Translations under genes and position numbers: made by a program
From: an uncultured Bacteroidales bacterium
GTDB taxonomy: Bacteria; Bacteroidota; Bacteroidia; Bacteroidales; VadinHA17
DNA length: 58,134 nucleotides
Reading direction: 5' to 3'
NCBI GenBank assembly: GCA_937871625.1
Contig: CALMRD010000276.1
Coordinates: 1-58,134, forward strand
The notes under the pieces: generated by a model
Database searches by the model: none
What the model was told of the DNA's origin: nothing
What the model saw: only the letters and a program-made list of their open reading frames with translations
Shown here: piece by piece, positions 27,141-36,437 of the stretch
Layout of the letters: every line of letters begins with the position of its first letter
How positions within the stretch are numbered: the first letter of the stretch is position 1

Positions 27141-27773
27141 ATGTCACCAAGAACTCCGGATCAGTTTGAGATGATGAGGGAGGAGAAGAGAAACCTCATC
27201 ATGAACGTGGCACTGGAACATTTTTCCAACCAGGGATTCCAGGCTACAACAATAACCCATATAGCAAAGCATGCAGGCATATCAAAGGGCCTCATGTACA
27301 ACTATTTCAATAGCAAGGAAGACCTGCTTACGGCTATTATGGACAGGTCAGTGACGGAGATATACGGATATTTCAATCCCGATCACGACAGCCAGCTGAC
27401 CCCCGAAGAATTTGAACTCTTCATACGGAAAGTATTCAGAATTCTTCGTGAAAAGAGACAATTCTGGAAACTGCTCTTCAGGATAATGATGCAGCCGGGA
27501 GTATATGAAAAGCTTTTCGGGGATGAATCAGGATCATTGAAAATTACCGGGTTACCCTTCCGGAACTACACCGAAAACATGATGAACCTCCTGGTTGAGT
27601 ATTTCAAAAAGAAGGGTGACAATGCCGGTCCGGGCTATGACCCGATGACTGATTTGCTAATGTTCATAAACGCAATCAAGGGGTTTGCCATCACCTCAAT
27701 TTTTTCCGAGGAACAATACCAGGGTGAATATTTTGAAAAAGTAACGGATGCACTGATAAAAAGATATAAATGA
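27141..27773 (+). CDS. TetR/AcrR family transcriptional regulator
   Basis: 210 aa with an N-terminal HTH (FQATTITHIAKHAGISKGLMYNYFNSKEDLL). Confidence 0.85.
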   Translation: MSPRTPDQFEMMREEKRNLIMNVALEHFSNQGFQATTITHIAKHAGISKGLMYNYFNSKEDLLTAIMDRSVTEIYGYFNPDHDSQLTPEEFELFIRKVFRILREKRQFWKLLFRIMMQPGVYEKLFGDESGSLKITGLPFRNYTENMMNLLVEYFKKKGDNAGPGYDPMTDLLMFINAIKGFAITSIFSEEQYQGEYFEKVTDALIKRYK

Positions 27774-27936
27774 GAATTGCATGAGCCGGAGCTTCGCCGG
27801 GAATGTAATTGTGACCTTCATGCAAGCCAGACGCAATAAATGACATAAATAATTTACAAGCGAATGTAACTTGCATAAGTAGCAAATCACAAAAGGAAAT
27901 GATTATTTTTCTTCATGCAGGTTCCATCAGACCAAT
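27774..27936 (+). repeat. palindromic intergenic element, locus B (2 tandem units)
   Basis: Unit B1 (27774-27837): GAATTGCATGA, 32-nt loop, TTCATGCAAGCCAGACGCAAT. Unit B2 (27861-27936): CGAATGTAACTTGCATAA, 33-nt loop, TTCATGCAGGTTCCATCAGACCAAT. The locus starts right after the tetR stop and ends 22 nt before ATG 27959. Confidence 0.85.
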
Positions 27937-27958
27937 AAAGTAATAAACAAATAATCCA

Positions 27959-28729
27959 ATGAAAATAACAGGTCAGATAATTGCAGGCATCATTTTGCTG
28001 CTTCTGCTGCCAGGCGGCAGGCAGGCCACGGCACAACAGCTGAGTGCCAGGGAGATCATCAGGAAAACCGATGAGAAATTCAACGGTGAGCTCTCGGGCT
28101 ACAGCGTCATGAGCATGACCATAGTGCGCCCCACATGGCAGCGTACCCTTGAGTTTAAATCGTGGGCACTGGAAGATGACTTTGCCCTCACCCTGATCAC
28201 CGCACCGGCGCGCGAAAAGGGACAGACATTCCTCAAGCGGGGCACGGAGATGTGGAGCTGGAATCCCGCCATCAACAGGCTTATCAAGCTGCCGCCCTCA
28301 ATGATGTCGCAGGGCTGGATGGGTTCGGACTACACCAATGATGATATCCTCAGAGAGTCCTCTGTGGTGGAAGACTATACCCACTCCTTCGAGGGAGAGG
28401 AGGAGATTGACGGCCGCATGTGCCACAGGATAAGGCTGGAGGCAAAGGATGATGCCGATGTCCTCTGGAGCCACCAGTTGTGGTGGGTTGATAAAAATGA
28501 ATTTATCGTCCTGAAAGCCGAACTCTACGATGAGGACGGCTACCTGGTCAGGACGGAGCGTGGCACGGAGCTGAAGACAATGGACGGAAGGTTCATCCCC
28601 ACAGTTATAGAGCTGATCCCCGCCGAGGAGCCGGGCCGCAGGACCATCCTGAAAATAACAGAGGTAAAATTCAATGTGAAAATTGAAGAGAGCTTCTTCT
28701 CGCAGCAGAATATGAAGACAATCAGATAG
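27959..28729 (+). CDS. LolA-like outer-membrane lipoprotein-sorting family protein
   Basis: 256 aa with a signal peptide. Sequence resembles the LolA_like family (WSWNP, MGSDYTNDD). Confidence 0.75.
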   Translation: MKITGQIIAGIILLLLLPGGRQATAQQLSAREIIRKTDEKFNGELSGYSVMSMTIVRPTWQRTLEFKSWALEDDFALTLITAPAREKGQTFLKRGTEMWSWNPAINRLIKLPPSMMSQGWMGSDYTNDDILRESSVVEDYTHSFEGEEEIDGRMCHRIRLEAKDDADVLWSHQLWWVDKNEFIVLKAELYDEDGYLVRTERGTELKTMDGRFIPTVIELIPAEEPGRRTILKITEVKFNVKIEESFFSQQNMKTIR

Positions 28730-28745
28730 AGTCCGTCAAATATCC

Positions 28746-28820
28746 ATTGGGATGTAACTTACATGAGCAGCAACACGCAAAGGGATATGATTTTTTTCAT
28801 GTAAGTTCCATTCGACCATT
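28746..28820 (+). repeat. palindromic intergenic element, locus C (1 unit, best preserved arms)
   Basis: ATTGGGATGTAACTTACATGA, 29-nt loop, TTCATGTAAGTTCCATTCGACCATT. It ends 19 nt before ATG 28840. Confidence 0.9.
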
Positions 28821-28839
28821 GAAATAAATAATTAATCGA

Positions 28840-30255
28840 ATGAAAAACCATCAGCTTGCCTGGAGAAATCTATGGCGAAACAAAAGGAGGACCCTCATCA
28901 CTGCGGCATCAGTATTCTTTGCAGTCTTCTTCGCACTTGTGATGAGGTCGTTTCAGCTGGGTACATACGAAAAGATGTACAGGGATGTCATCGAATCCTA
29001 CTCCGGATACCTGCAGCTACAGCACACTGACTACATAGACGAATCGAATCTTGACAATGGGTTTGTGCTTGAACACTCCCTGTCGGACATCATAGGGGCT
29101 GACCCAAATGTAACAGGGGTTATTCCGAAGCTGGAATCGTTCGCACTGGCCGCTGCCGGAAGCCGCACCCAGGGTGTGATGGTGATAGGTATGGATCCCG
29201 ACAATGAGCAGAAGACTCTGAACATAAAAAACCGTCTCATAAAGTACCGGCTGACTCCTGAGGCAACTGAAGCTCTTATAGAGGAAAACCTGCCTGCCCG
29301 CACTGCAAAACTGGTCGATGTTTTTTCAGGTGAGGCCTGGACTGATGAGAAGAGCCTCATCTCTGACCTCGGCATAAGCGATGAAGATTCGGCAGCAGTG
29401 ATGCCTCTTTTCAGGAAGCATGCATCACTCGACAACCGATATATCAATTCAGCAGATTCGGGCCGTGCTATCATAGGATACGGACTGTCGCGTTATCTCA
29501 GTGCTGACGTGGGAGACACCCTGGTGATTATGGGACAGGGCTATCACGGCGTATCCGCAGCCGGACTATTTGTGATCAAAGGGATAGTGAGCATGCCAAA
29601 CCCCGATATAGACAACGCTTTCGTATATATTACACTTGATGATGCCCGCTGGCTCTATGCTGCACCGGGGATGGTCACCTCGGCCATCATAAGTATAAGC
29701 GATACAGATGATAAGGAGCTTCTTCAGACGCAACAGAGGCTGAACGAATTATGCAATAACGGGCTGGTAATACGCAACTGGAAGGAGATGAACGCACTGC
29801 TGCTTAACCAGATGGAGGCTGATAACAAGAGCGGGGCAATCATGATAGGCATCCTTTACCTGGTGATAGCCTTCGGAGTTTTCGGCACCGTTCTTATGAT
29901 GATGGCTGAACGGAGAAGGGAGTTTGGAATGCTGGTCTCAATAGGTATGCAGAAGCGCAAGCTGGCCGGCATAGTAGGTATGGAGATGCTCTTTATCGGG
30001 TTGCTGGGTGTGTTGGCAGGCGTGGCGGCATCGCTGCCGATAGTCTTTTACGGCTATGCCCGGCCGCTGCGCTTCACCGGGGAGCTGGCAAGAATGTACG
30101 AAGAGTACGGATTTGAACCTGTGATGCCCATGCTTCTTCCGGATACCTACTACCTGTGGCAGGCAGTGATAGTGCTGCTGATACTGCTGATAGCCATCAC
30201 CTTCAGCGTGCGGAGGATTTTCAAATTGAACATAATAAATGCTCTCAGAGCTTAA
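28840..30255 (+). CDS. ABC transporter permease, FtsX/MacB-type
   Basis: 471 aa. One N-terminal TM segment, a large periplasmic domain and three C-terminal TM segments (FtsX domain). Confidence 0.85.
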   Translation: MKNHQLAWRNLWRNKRRTLITAASVFFAVFFALVMRSFQLGTYEKMYRDVIESYSGYLQLQHTDYIDESNLDNGFVLEHSLSDIIGADPNVTGVIPKLESFALAAAGSRTQGVMVIGMDPDNEQKTLNIKNRLIKYRLTPEATEALIEENLPARTAKLVDVFSGEAWTDEKSLISDLGISDEDSAAVMPLFRKHASLDNRYINSADSGRAIIGYGLSRYLSADVGDTLVIMGQGYHGVSAAGLFVIKGIVSMPNPDIDNAFVYITLDDARWLYAAPGMVTSAIISISDTDDKELLQTQQRLNELCNNGLVIRNWKEMNALLLNQMEADNKSGAIMIGILYLVIAFGVFGTVLMMMAERRREFGMLVSIGMQKRKLAGIVGMEMLFIGLLGVLAGVAASLPIVFYGYARPLRFTGELARMYEEYGFEPVMPMLLPDTYYLWQAVIVLLILLIAITFSVRRIFKLNIINALRA

Positions 30256-30267
30256 CAGAAGACTAAG

Positions 30268-31695
30268 ATGATAACATCCATTGCATGGAAGAATGTCTGG
30301 AGAAACAAAACCAGGAGCCTGACCGTGATTGCCGCCGTGACCGTGGGCGTCTTTGCCGGCGTATTCGCCATGGCTGCCATCAACAGCTCTATTGTACAGC
30401 GGATTGATGCCGCTGTCAACGAGGAGCTGTCGCATATCCAGATAGACAACCCCGGGTTCAGGGGCAGCAGTGACATAGCCAATGTGATAGCTGAACCGGA
30501 GAAGGTTGTCTCAGTACTCGAAGAGACACCGGGAGTGACCCATATTACCGGACGGATCATAGTGCGGGGAATAGCCTCAACATCTGCCGGCAGCGCAGGC
30601 GTGGAGATCAACGGCATTGACGTTGAAAAAGAGCAGCAGATCTTTACTCTTAAGGAGCGTCTCATACCCGGGACCGGTAGCTACTTCGGCAGTGACACCA
30701 GGCTCAACAGCGCCTTCATCGGCGAAAAGCTGGCGAAGGAGCTCTATATTATCAGGTATATCCTCACGGAGGAATCTTTTGCCACACTTGATGCTGAGGG
30801 TGTCCCGGCAGCCGTAACCGGTAAACTCAAACCCCTCGAAAACCAGAGGTTCACCACGGAAAAGAAGCTGTCAGAGGCTCTTTCCGGGTTGCTCTCCGCG
30901 AAGGAGGTGAAGCTGTACGCCATGAAGATAAAAGAGGCAGCATGGTCATACCGTGAGGGATCAAAGGTCATCCTTACCTTCCTCGATGCCAATGGCACAC
31001 AGACAGGCGCCGCGTTCCGCATCAGCGGCATATTCCGGACGAACAACGACTTTTTCGAGGCCTTTTCTGTATTTGTGCCTCGTGATGAGCTGCTCAGGCT
31101 CACAGGGATGGAAGAGGGGCAATATCACCGCATCATTGCAAGGCTGGAAGAGAATGACCTGACTGAGAGGGCTAGTGCCGCAGTTAAGGCATCTCTGCCG
31201 GGACTGGAGGTGATGAACTGGAAGCAGATACAGACTGACCTGGCAATGATAGCCGATTATGTAAACCAGATCTACGGCATCTTCATGGTGCTGATACTGG
31301 CAGCCCTGGCATTCGGTATAGTAAATACCATGCTTATGGCCGTGCTCGAGCGAACCCGTGAGCTGGGCATGCTTTCGGCAATAGGGATGAACCGCAGGCG
31401 TGTCTTTGCAATGATTATGCTTGAATCGATATTCCTTTCAATAGTAGGCGGCTTTGCGGGAATGGCTGTAAGCGCCATTGTAATAGCAATCACCAATCAT
31501 ACCGGCATCAACCTGGTGAAGTATGCAGAGGGTCTCGAAGCCTTCGGATACTCAGCCCATCTCTATCCGACAATCGGAGCAGATTTCTTTATCATGCTGA
31601 CTGTAATGATCGTTATCACCGGAATCATTTCAGCCATTTATCCTGCCAGGAAAGCGTTGCAGCTCAACCCGGTTGAAGCATTAAGAGGAGAATAA
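30268..31695 (+). CDS. ABC transporter permease, FtsX/MacB-type (second copy)
   Basis: 475 aa with the same topology as the preceding gene. It starts 12 nt downstream of it. Confidence 0.85.
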   Translation: MITSIAWKNVWRNKTRSLTVIAAVTVGVFAGVFAMAAINSSIVQRIDAAVNEELSHIQIDNPGFRGSSDIANVIAEPEKVVSVLEETPGVTHITGRIIVRGIASTSAGSAGVEINGIDVEKEQQIFTLKERLIPGTGSYFGSDTRLNSAFIGEKLAKELYIIRYILTEESFATLDAEGVPAAVTGKLKPLENQRFTTEKKLSEALSGLLSAKEVKLYAMKIKEAAWSYREGSKVILTFLDANGTQTGAAFRISGIFRTNNDFFEAFSVFVPRDELLRLTGMEEGQYHRIIARLEENDLTERASAAVKASLPGLEVMNWKQIQTDLAMIADYVNQIYGIFMVLILAALAFGIVNTMLMAVLERTRELGMLSAIGMNRRRVFAMIMLESIFLSIVGGFAGMAVSAIVIAITNHTGINLVKYAEGLEAFGYSAHLYPTIGADFFIMLTVMIVITGIISAIYPARKALQLNPVEALRGE

Positions 31696-31713
31696 CCAGA
31701 AAAACACAATACG

Positions 31714-32409
31714 ATGAAAGTAGTTGAAATCAATGATGTCTTCAAGACCTATCATGATACCGCGGTAGAGGTGAAAGCCGTCAACGGCGTCACTCTCAGT
31801 TTTGACAAGGGCGATTTTGCAGTGATTGTGGGACCGTCCGGCTCAGGCAAGACCACCCTTCTGAACCTCATTGGGGGACTTGACCAGCCCACCGCCGGTG
31901 AGATAATTGTTGCCGGGCACAGGCTTTCGGAACTGAAGCCTTCCGAGCTGATTGACTTCCGCATGGAGCATGTGGGGTTCGTCTTCCAGTCGTACAACCT
32001 CATACCCGTTCTCACGGCTTCAGAGAATGTGGGATTCATCATGAGCCTTCAGAAATGGCCGAAGGAGAAGCGTATGGCCCGCACAGGAGAGCTGCTGGAA
32101 GCCGTAGGCCTCTCTGAGCGTCACAACAGCCGTCCGTCACAGCTCTCCGGCGGCCAGCAGCAGAGAGTTGCCGTAGCCCGCGCCCTGGCACCGCGACCGC
32201 AGTTCATACTGGCTGATGAACCCACCGCCAACCTTGACACAAAATCGGCCGAGACCCTTCTTGATATCATGGAAAAACTGAACCGTGAGGAGGAGATGAC
32301 CTTTATATTCTCCACCCATGATGTGAGAGTGATGAAGCGGGCACGAAGGGTCATCACCCTCGAGGATGGCAAGGTGGTTTCTGACGAAAGGACAAACCAC
32401 AATTCATGA
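31714..32409 (+). CDS. ABC transporter ATP-binding protein (MacB/LolD-like)
   Basis: 231 aa. Walker A GPSGSGKTT, signature LSGGQQQRV, Walker B FILADEPT. Confidence 0.9.
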   Translation: MKVVEINDVFKTYHDTAVEVKAVNGVTLSFDKGDFAVIVGPSGSGKTTLLNLIGGLDQPTAGEIIVAGHRLSELKPSELIDFRMEHVGFVFQSYNLIPVLTASENVGFIMSLQKWPKEKRMARTGELLEAVGLSERHNSRPSQLSGGQQQRVAVARALAPRPQFILADEPTANLDTKSAETLLDIMEKLNREEEMTFIFSTHDVRVMKRARRVITLEDGKVVSDERTNHNS

Positions 32410-33635
32410 AGCTGACACACTTTCCGGCAGCCCTTCTGCTCTGCGCAATGCTCCCGTCAGCAGGCCTCGCCGGCATGAACGCTGAGGTCTCCGGAAGTGA
32501 CACGTCGCAAAGAGCGGCCGGTATCATCTATGGACCCGAAGAACAGGAGAAGCAGATCAGCCTCACTGCAGGGGGATATGCCTCATGGCTCCATACAGCC
32601 ATGTTCGAAAAGCCTGCAGAGACCTGGATCAACAGCAGCATGCTTCATAACAGGCTTAACTTCAAGGCATATGCCGGTAGTAAAGTAACCTTTGCCCTTG
32701 AACTGCGCAACAGGTTCGTCACCGGCGACATGGTTGCCCTGGACCCTGGTTACGTAACAGGACTTGCGGCAGACAACGGATGGATCGACCTGTCATGGAA
32801 CATATCCGACGGCAACTCCTATGTCCTGAACACCATGATTGACAGGGCCTATCTTGACATAGCGCTGGGCAGGCTGCAGGTCACCGCCGGCCGCCAGCGC
32901 ATCAACTGGAGCCAGTCGCTGGTATGGAACCCCAATGATATCTTCAACACCTATTCCTTCTTTGATTTCGATTATGTTGAGCGTCCGGGCAGTGACGCCC
33001 TCCGGCTGGTATATTCCACCGGTGCCTCATCTGCTGCGGAGGCCGCCGTCAAGGTCAACAGCCATGGCCGGCTTACGGCCGCTGGGCTCTTCCGCTTCAG
33101 CCTGCTGAACACCGACCTGCAGTTTTTTGCCGGGGAGACCGATGAGGAGTTCTTCACCGCCGGTACAGGATGGTCAGGAGCCCTCGGGCCGTTCTCCGTC
33201 AGGGGTGAGGCAACACTCTTTGCACCTTTTGAAGGGTCAGAGCATGAAGGGAGCACCGTAATTGCCACCGCCGGCATTGACAGAGCCTTCTCAGACAGGC
33301 TGACAGCCATGGTGCAGGTGATGTACTCAAACAGGCCGCTTTTACTTGACAGCTTCACCGCCCTTTATGAGGGGGGGCTGACGGCCAGAGACCTTGCCTT
33401 CTCGGAGTTCAGCGCCGTGGGACAGGTGACCTGGATGCCGATGCCCCTTCTCAGCATCTCCATGTCGGCCATGTGGTACCCTGACCTTGATGGATGGTAT
33501 GCCGGCCCCTCAGTGGATCTCTCACTGGCTGAGAATGTCGATTTCTCATTTCTCTGGCAGCATTTTGACATGCGTCTTGCCAATGCGGAGACGAAGCTCA
33601 ACCTTGGCTTCCTGAGGATCAGGTATAGTTTCTGA
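32406..33635 (+). CDS. putative outer-membrane beta-barrel protein, function unknown
   Basis: 409 aa. Its ATGA start overlaps the ABC ATPase stop. It has a signal peptide, a beta-strand-like alternation throughout, and a C-terminal ...LRIRYSF with a terminal Phe. Confidence 0.55.
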   Translation: MKLTHFPAALLLCAMLPSAGLAGMNAEVSGSDTSQRAAGIIYGPEEQEKQISLTAGGYASWLHTAMFEKPAETWINSSMLHNRLNFKAYAGSKVTFALELRNRFVTGDMVALDPGYVTGLAADNGWIDLSWNISDGNSYVLNTMIDRAYLDIALGRLQVTAGRQRINWSQSLVWNPNDIFNTYSFFDFDYVERPGSDALRLVYSTGASSAAEAAVKVNSHGRLTAAGLFRFSLLNTDLQFFAGETDEEFFTAGTGWSGALGPFSVRGEATLFAPFEGSEHEGSTVIATAGIDRAFSDRLTAMVQVMYSNRPLLLDSFTALYEGGLTARDLAFSEFSAVGQVTWMPMPLLSISMSAMWYPDLDGWYAGPSVDLSLAENVDFSFLWQHFDMRLANAETKLNLGFLRIRYSF

Positions 33636-33746
33636 AACCCCCGTGTGTCAGCACGCACAAATACAAGTAAATAATAATCTGATACATGGAAGTTCTCCCG
33701 ATAAACCGGGAGAGGCGGCTATCATACAAACTAAATCAATTATTGT

Positions 33747-34523
33747 ATGATGAAATTTTCATACTTTTACGGAGTTAACTCCGAAAGTATGTCACTGGTC
33801 CATGAACTTGAGAAATCCGGGAACTGGTTATTCAGACGCAGAAGCTGGCTGCCTGTCATGGTTCTTGTTCCGGCAGTAATATATCTCTTCATCGCAAACC
33901 GCAGTGTCATCTATTTCAACTACACCTGGGAGATAGCATGCATCCTGGTATCGGTGTCAGGTGAACTGCTAAGGTCTTATACAGTTGGGTATGTGCCCCG
34001 CAACACTTCCGGGCGCAACGTCATCGATCAGCTGGCCGATGAGCTGAATACAACAGGCATCTATTCCATAGTACGCAATCCTCTCTACCTTGGCAACTTC
34101 CTGATGTGGCTGGGACCTGTCATATTCCTGAGGTCTGTTTGGTGCCTCATCATTTTCATCCTGGCCTTCTGGCTCTACTATGAACGGATAATATTTGCCG
34201 AGGAGCAGTACCTCCGTCGCAAGTTCGGGGAGACATATGATATATGGGCCTTCAGGGTGAAAGCGGTTATACCCTCTTTCAGGCATTACAAAAAGCCGGC
34301 CCTGCCCTTCTCCTTCAGAAATGTTCTCAAGCGCGAGTACAACAGCATAGCCAATCTGTTCATCGTCTTTGCCATCCTCGATATGGTCCGGAATATTGCA
34401 GTTACCGGACGGGTTTATATGGAGCCGATGTACGTTACCCTGCTGGTTGCAACCGGCATCTTCTGGGCGATAGCGAGGTACCTGGTCAAGCGCACCAGGT
34501 TCCTGAACGTTGACGGGAGATAG
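33747..34523 (+). CDS. isoprenylcysteine carboxyl methyltransferase (ICMT/PEMT-like) family membrane protein
   Basis: 258 aa, multi-TM, with the family block GIYSIVRNPLYLGNFLMWLG and EEQYLRRKFG. The exact start is uncertain (33747, 33750 or 33789). Confidence 0.7.
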   Translation: MMKFSYFYGVNSESMSLVHELEKSGNWLFRRRSWLPVMVLVPAVIYLFIANRSVIYFNYTWEIACILVSVSGELLRSYTVGYVPRNTSGRNVIDQLADELNTTGIYSIVRNPLYLGNFLMWLGPVIFLRSVWCLIIFILAFWLYYERIIFAEEQYLRRKFGETYDIWAFRVKAVIPSFRHYKKPALPFSFRNVLKREYNSIANLFIVFAILDMVRNIAVTGRVYMEPMYVTLLVATGIFWAIARYLVKRTRFLNVDGR

Positions 34524-34535
34524 GTGGCGATGATT

Positions 34536-35243
34536 CTACCTGTCGCGTACCCCCATGAATATCATTATATAGTAAATAAGCGTGGCCAGTGATCCCAGGG
34601 CTGCGATCACATAGGTATATGCTGCCCATCTCAGGGCATCCTCAGCCTTGTCGTGTGTCTCACGGTTGGTGATACCTGCGTTTGAGAGCCATGCCAGTGC
34701 ACGCTTTGAGGCGTTGATCTCCACAGGCAGGGTGATGACGCTGAAGATGGTGGTAAGGGCGAACAAACCGATGCCTACCAGGAGTATCTCGGGCCGCGAG
34801 TTGATTAGCACCAGTCCGGCAATAAGTACCCATTGTATCCAGTTCGAGGCAAAACTAACCGCCGGGGCAAGTTTCGATCTCATATTCAGCCATGCATATG
34901 ACTGAGCATGCTGCAGGGCATGACCCGTCTCATGGGCGGCCACTGCGGCGGCGGCGATGCTGGCATTGGAATAGACCTCACGACTGAGGTTTATGGTCTT
35001 CTTCAGCGGATTGTAATGGTCAGAGAGCTCCCCCTGTACGCTTTTTATGGTGACGTCGGTAACACCGTTATCGCGCAGCATCCTTTCAGCCACATCGCGT
35101 CCGGTCATGCCGCTGCCTATCGGCATCTTCGAATATTTCCGGAACTTGGACTTCAGCCTGTGGCTGACTACCCAGCTCAGAAGCATGAAGACTATAAAAA
35201 TGATCCAGTAGGTGCCATTGTGCAAAAACATTGTCTCGCTCAT
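34536..35243 (-). CDS. membrane zinc metallopeptidase (YugP-like)
   Basis: 235 aa. HExxH motif in AAHETGHALQH, flanked by TM segments. Confidence 0.8.
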   Translation of the reverse strand: MSETMFLHNGTYWIIFIVFMLLSWVVSHRLKSKFRKYSKMPIGSGMTGRDVAERMLRDNGVTDVTIKSVQGELSDHYNPLKKTINLSREVYSNASIAAAAVAAHETGHALQHAQSYAWLNMRSKLAPAVSFASNWIQWVLIAGLVLINSRPEILLVGIGLFALTTIFSVITLPVEINASKRALAWLSNAGITNRETHDKAEDALRWAAYTYVIAALGSLATLIYYIMIFMGVRDR

Positions 35244-35337
35244 ATATCCTTAAGTTTATTATGTCACTCTATTATCAAAACATCTGCCATTCCCTTCAGG
35301 TTCTGAAAAGAGGCCATTTTGTCATGACAATTCAGAT

Positions 35338-35345
35338 TATCTTTG
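35338..35345 (+). promoter_or_regulatory. candidate -7 promoter box (TATCTTTG) for yidD
   Basis: Matches TAnnTTTG only 7 nt before ATG 35352, which implies a near-leaderless transcript. A TTTG lies 16 nt upstream. Confidence 0.3.
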
Positions 35346-35351
35346 AGGGCG

Positions 35352-35666
35352 ATGTTAAAGACAGCTGCAAAGATATTCTCTTTTTTACTGCTGATACCGG
35401 TCTGGATATACAGGTGGTTTATTTCGCCATGGACTCCCTCCTCGTGCCGTCATGTGCCTACATGCTCGCAGTATGCCATTGATGCCCTCACGACTCACGG
35501 CCCGCTGGCAGGAACCCTGCTTGCTGCTGACCGCATCCTCCGGTGCAGGCCCGGGGGCACACACGGATACGATCCTGTGCCCCGTTTCATCTTCAGGCGT
35601 TATCGTTCCGGGGTTGGTCTCATGAGGAGGGCTCCCCGCTGCAACAGGCTGAAGGAGAGAGATTAG
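35352..35666 (+). CDS. yidD: membrane protein insertion efficiency factor YidD
   Basis: Conserved YidD core: IYRWFISPW...[21 protein letters not shown] 35352 is preferred over the TTG at 35343. It has a basic C-terminal tail of about 25 aa. Confidence 0.85.
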   Translation: MLKTAAKIFSFLLLIPVWIYRWFISPWTPSSCRHVPTCSQYAIDALTTHGPLAGTLLAADRILRCRPGGTHGYDPVPRFIFRRYRSGVGLMRRAPRCNRLKERD

Positions 35667-36415
35667 AAACTGAGTTTTTCCCTGAGCATCTTATATCCGG
35701 CACGGCTAACCGGGATCTTTTCACCGGATTTGAGCACGGCCACGTAGTTGTCCTTGCTGTAGGGTTCGAGCCTGGTGATATATTCCACATTGACCATGAA
35801 CGAACGGTGCACCCTTATGAACAGAGCCGGCGGAAGATGCTCCTCATAATACTTCATGGTCTTGGGCTTCAAGGCCTTGCCTTCGGTATGATATATCATC
35901 ACGTAATCATCCTCCGCTGCAAGGTGAGAGACATTGTTCAGAGGGATAATCTTTATTCCTGCACCCTTTCTGAATACTATTCGTGTCAGGTAACCCTCGC
36001 TCTCCGAGACGGCGGTAACGAGCCTGTCAATCTTCTCCGGCTCCCTCTCCTGCTTGTTTATACGGCTTACAGCCTTTTCGAGGGCATCATCAAAGCGCTC
36101 CTTTGTGAATGGTTTAAGCAGGTAATCGACAGCATTAAGCTCAAAGGCCCTGATGGCATACTGGTCGAAGGCGGTGGTAAAGATCACCTCTGGCTTTTCA
36201 TCTATCACTTCCAGCAGCTCGAAGCCTGTAAGCTTGGGCATCTGTATGTCGAGGAAAATAAGGTCGGGGTGTTTCTCCTTTATCTCCCTGGCACCGCAGA
36301 AACCGTCACCACACTCACCCGCAATCTCTATGGCTGGATGATCTTTGAGCATATACTTAATCAGCTCTCGTGCAGGTGCTTCATCTTCGATGATAAGTGC
36401 TCTTATCTTTTTCAT
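35663..36415 (-). CDS. LytTR-family two-component response regulator
   Basis: 250 aa. Receiver motifs ([22 protein letters not shown]) plus a C-terminal LytTR DNA-binding domain. Confidence 0.9.
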   Translation of the reverse strand: MKKIRALIIEDEAPARELIKYMLKDHPAIEIAGECGDGFCGAREIKEKHPDLIFLDIQMPKLTGFELLEVIDEKPEVIFTTAFDQYAIRAFELNAVDYLLKPFTKERFDDALEKAVSRINKQEREPEKIDRLVTAVSESEGYLTRIVFRKGAGIKIIPLNNVSHLAAEDDYVMIYHTEGKALKPKTMKYYEEHLPPALFIRVHRSFMVNVEYITRLEPYSKDNYVAVLKSGEKIPVSRAGYKMLREKLSF

Positions 36416-36437
36416 TCGGTTAATTAATTATTATCTT

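Noticed and set aside
33636-33746. Possible fifth, decayed copy of the hairpin element upstream of the ICMT-like gene (CATGGAAGTTC at 33685-33695, a loop-like TCAGCACGCACAAAT before it), plus a 7-bp hairpin at 33694-33713
   Set aside because: The similarity is too weak to distinguish from chance by eye. The 7-bp hairpin has no U-tract. It is mentioned only as a target for a profile search.
35543-36427. 294-aa plus-strand ORF
   Set aside because: It is entirely antisense to the well-supported LytTR response regulator gene and has no recognisable motifs. It is a typical shadow ORF.
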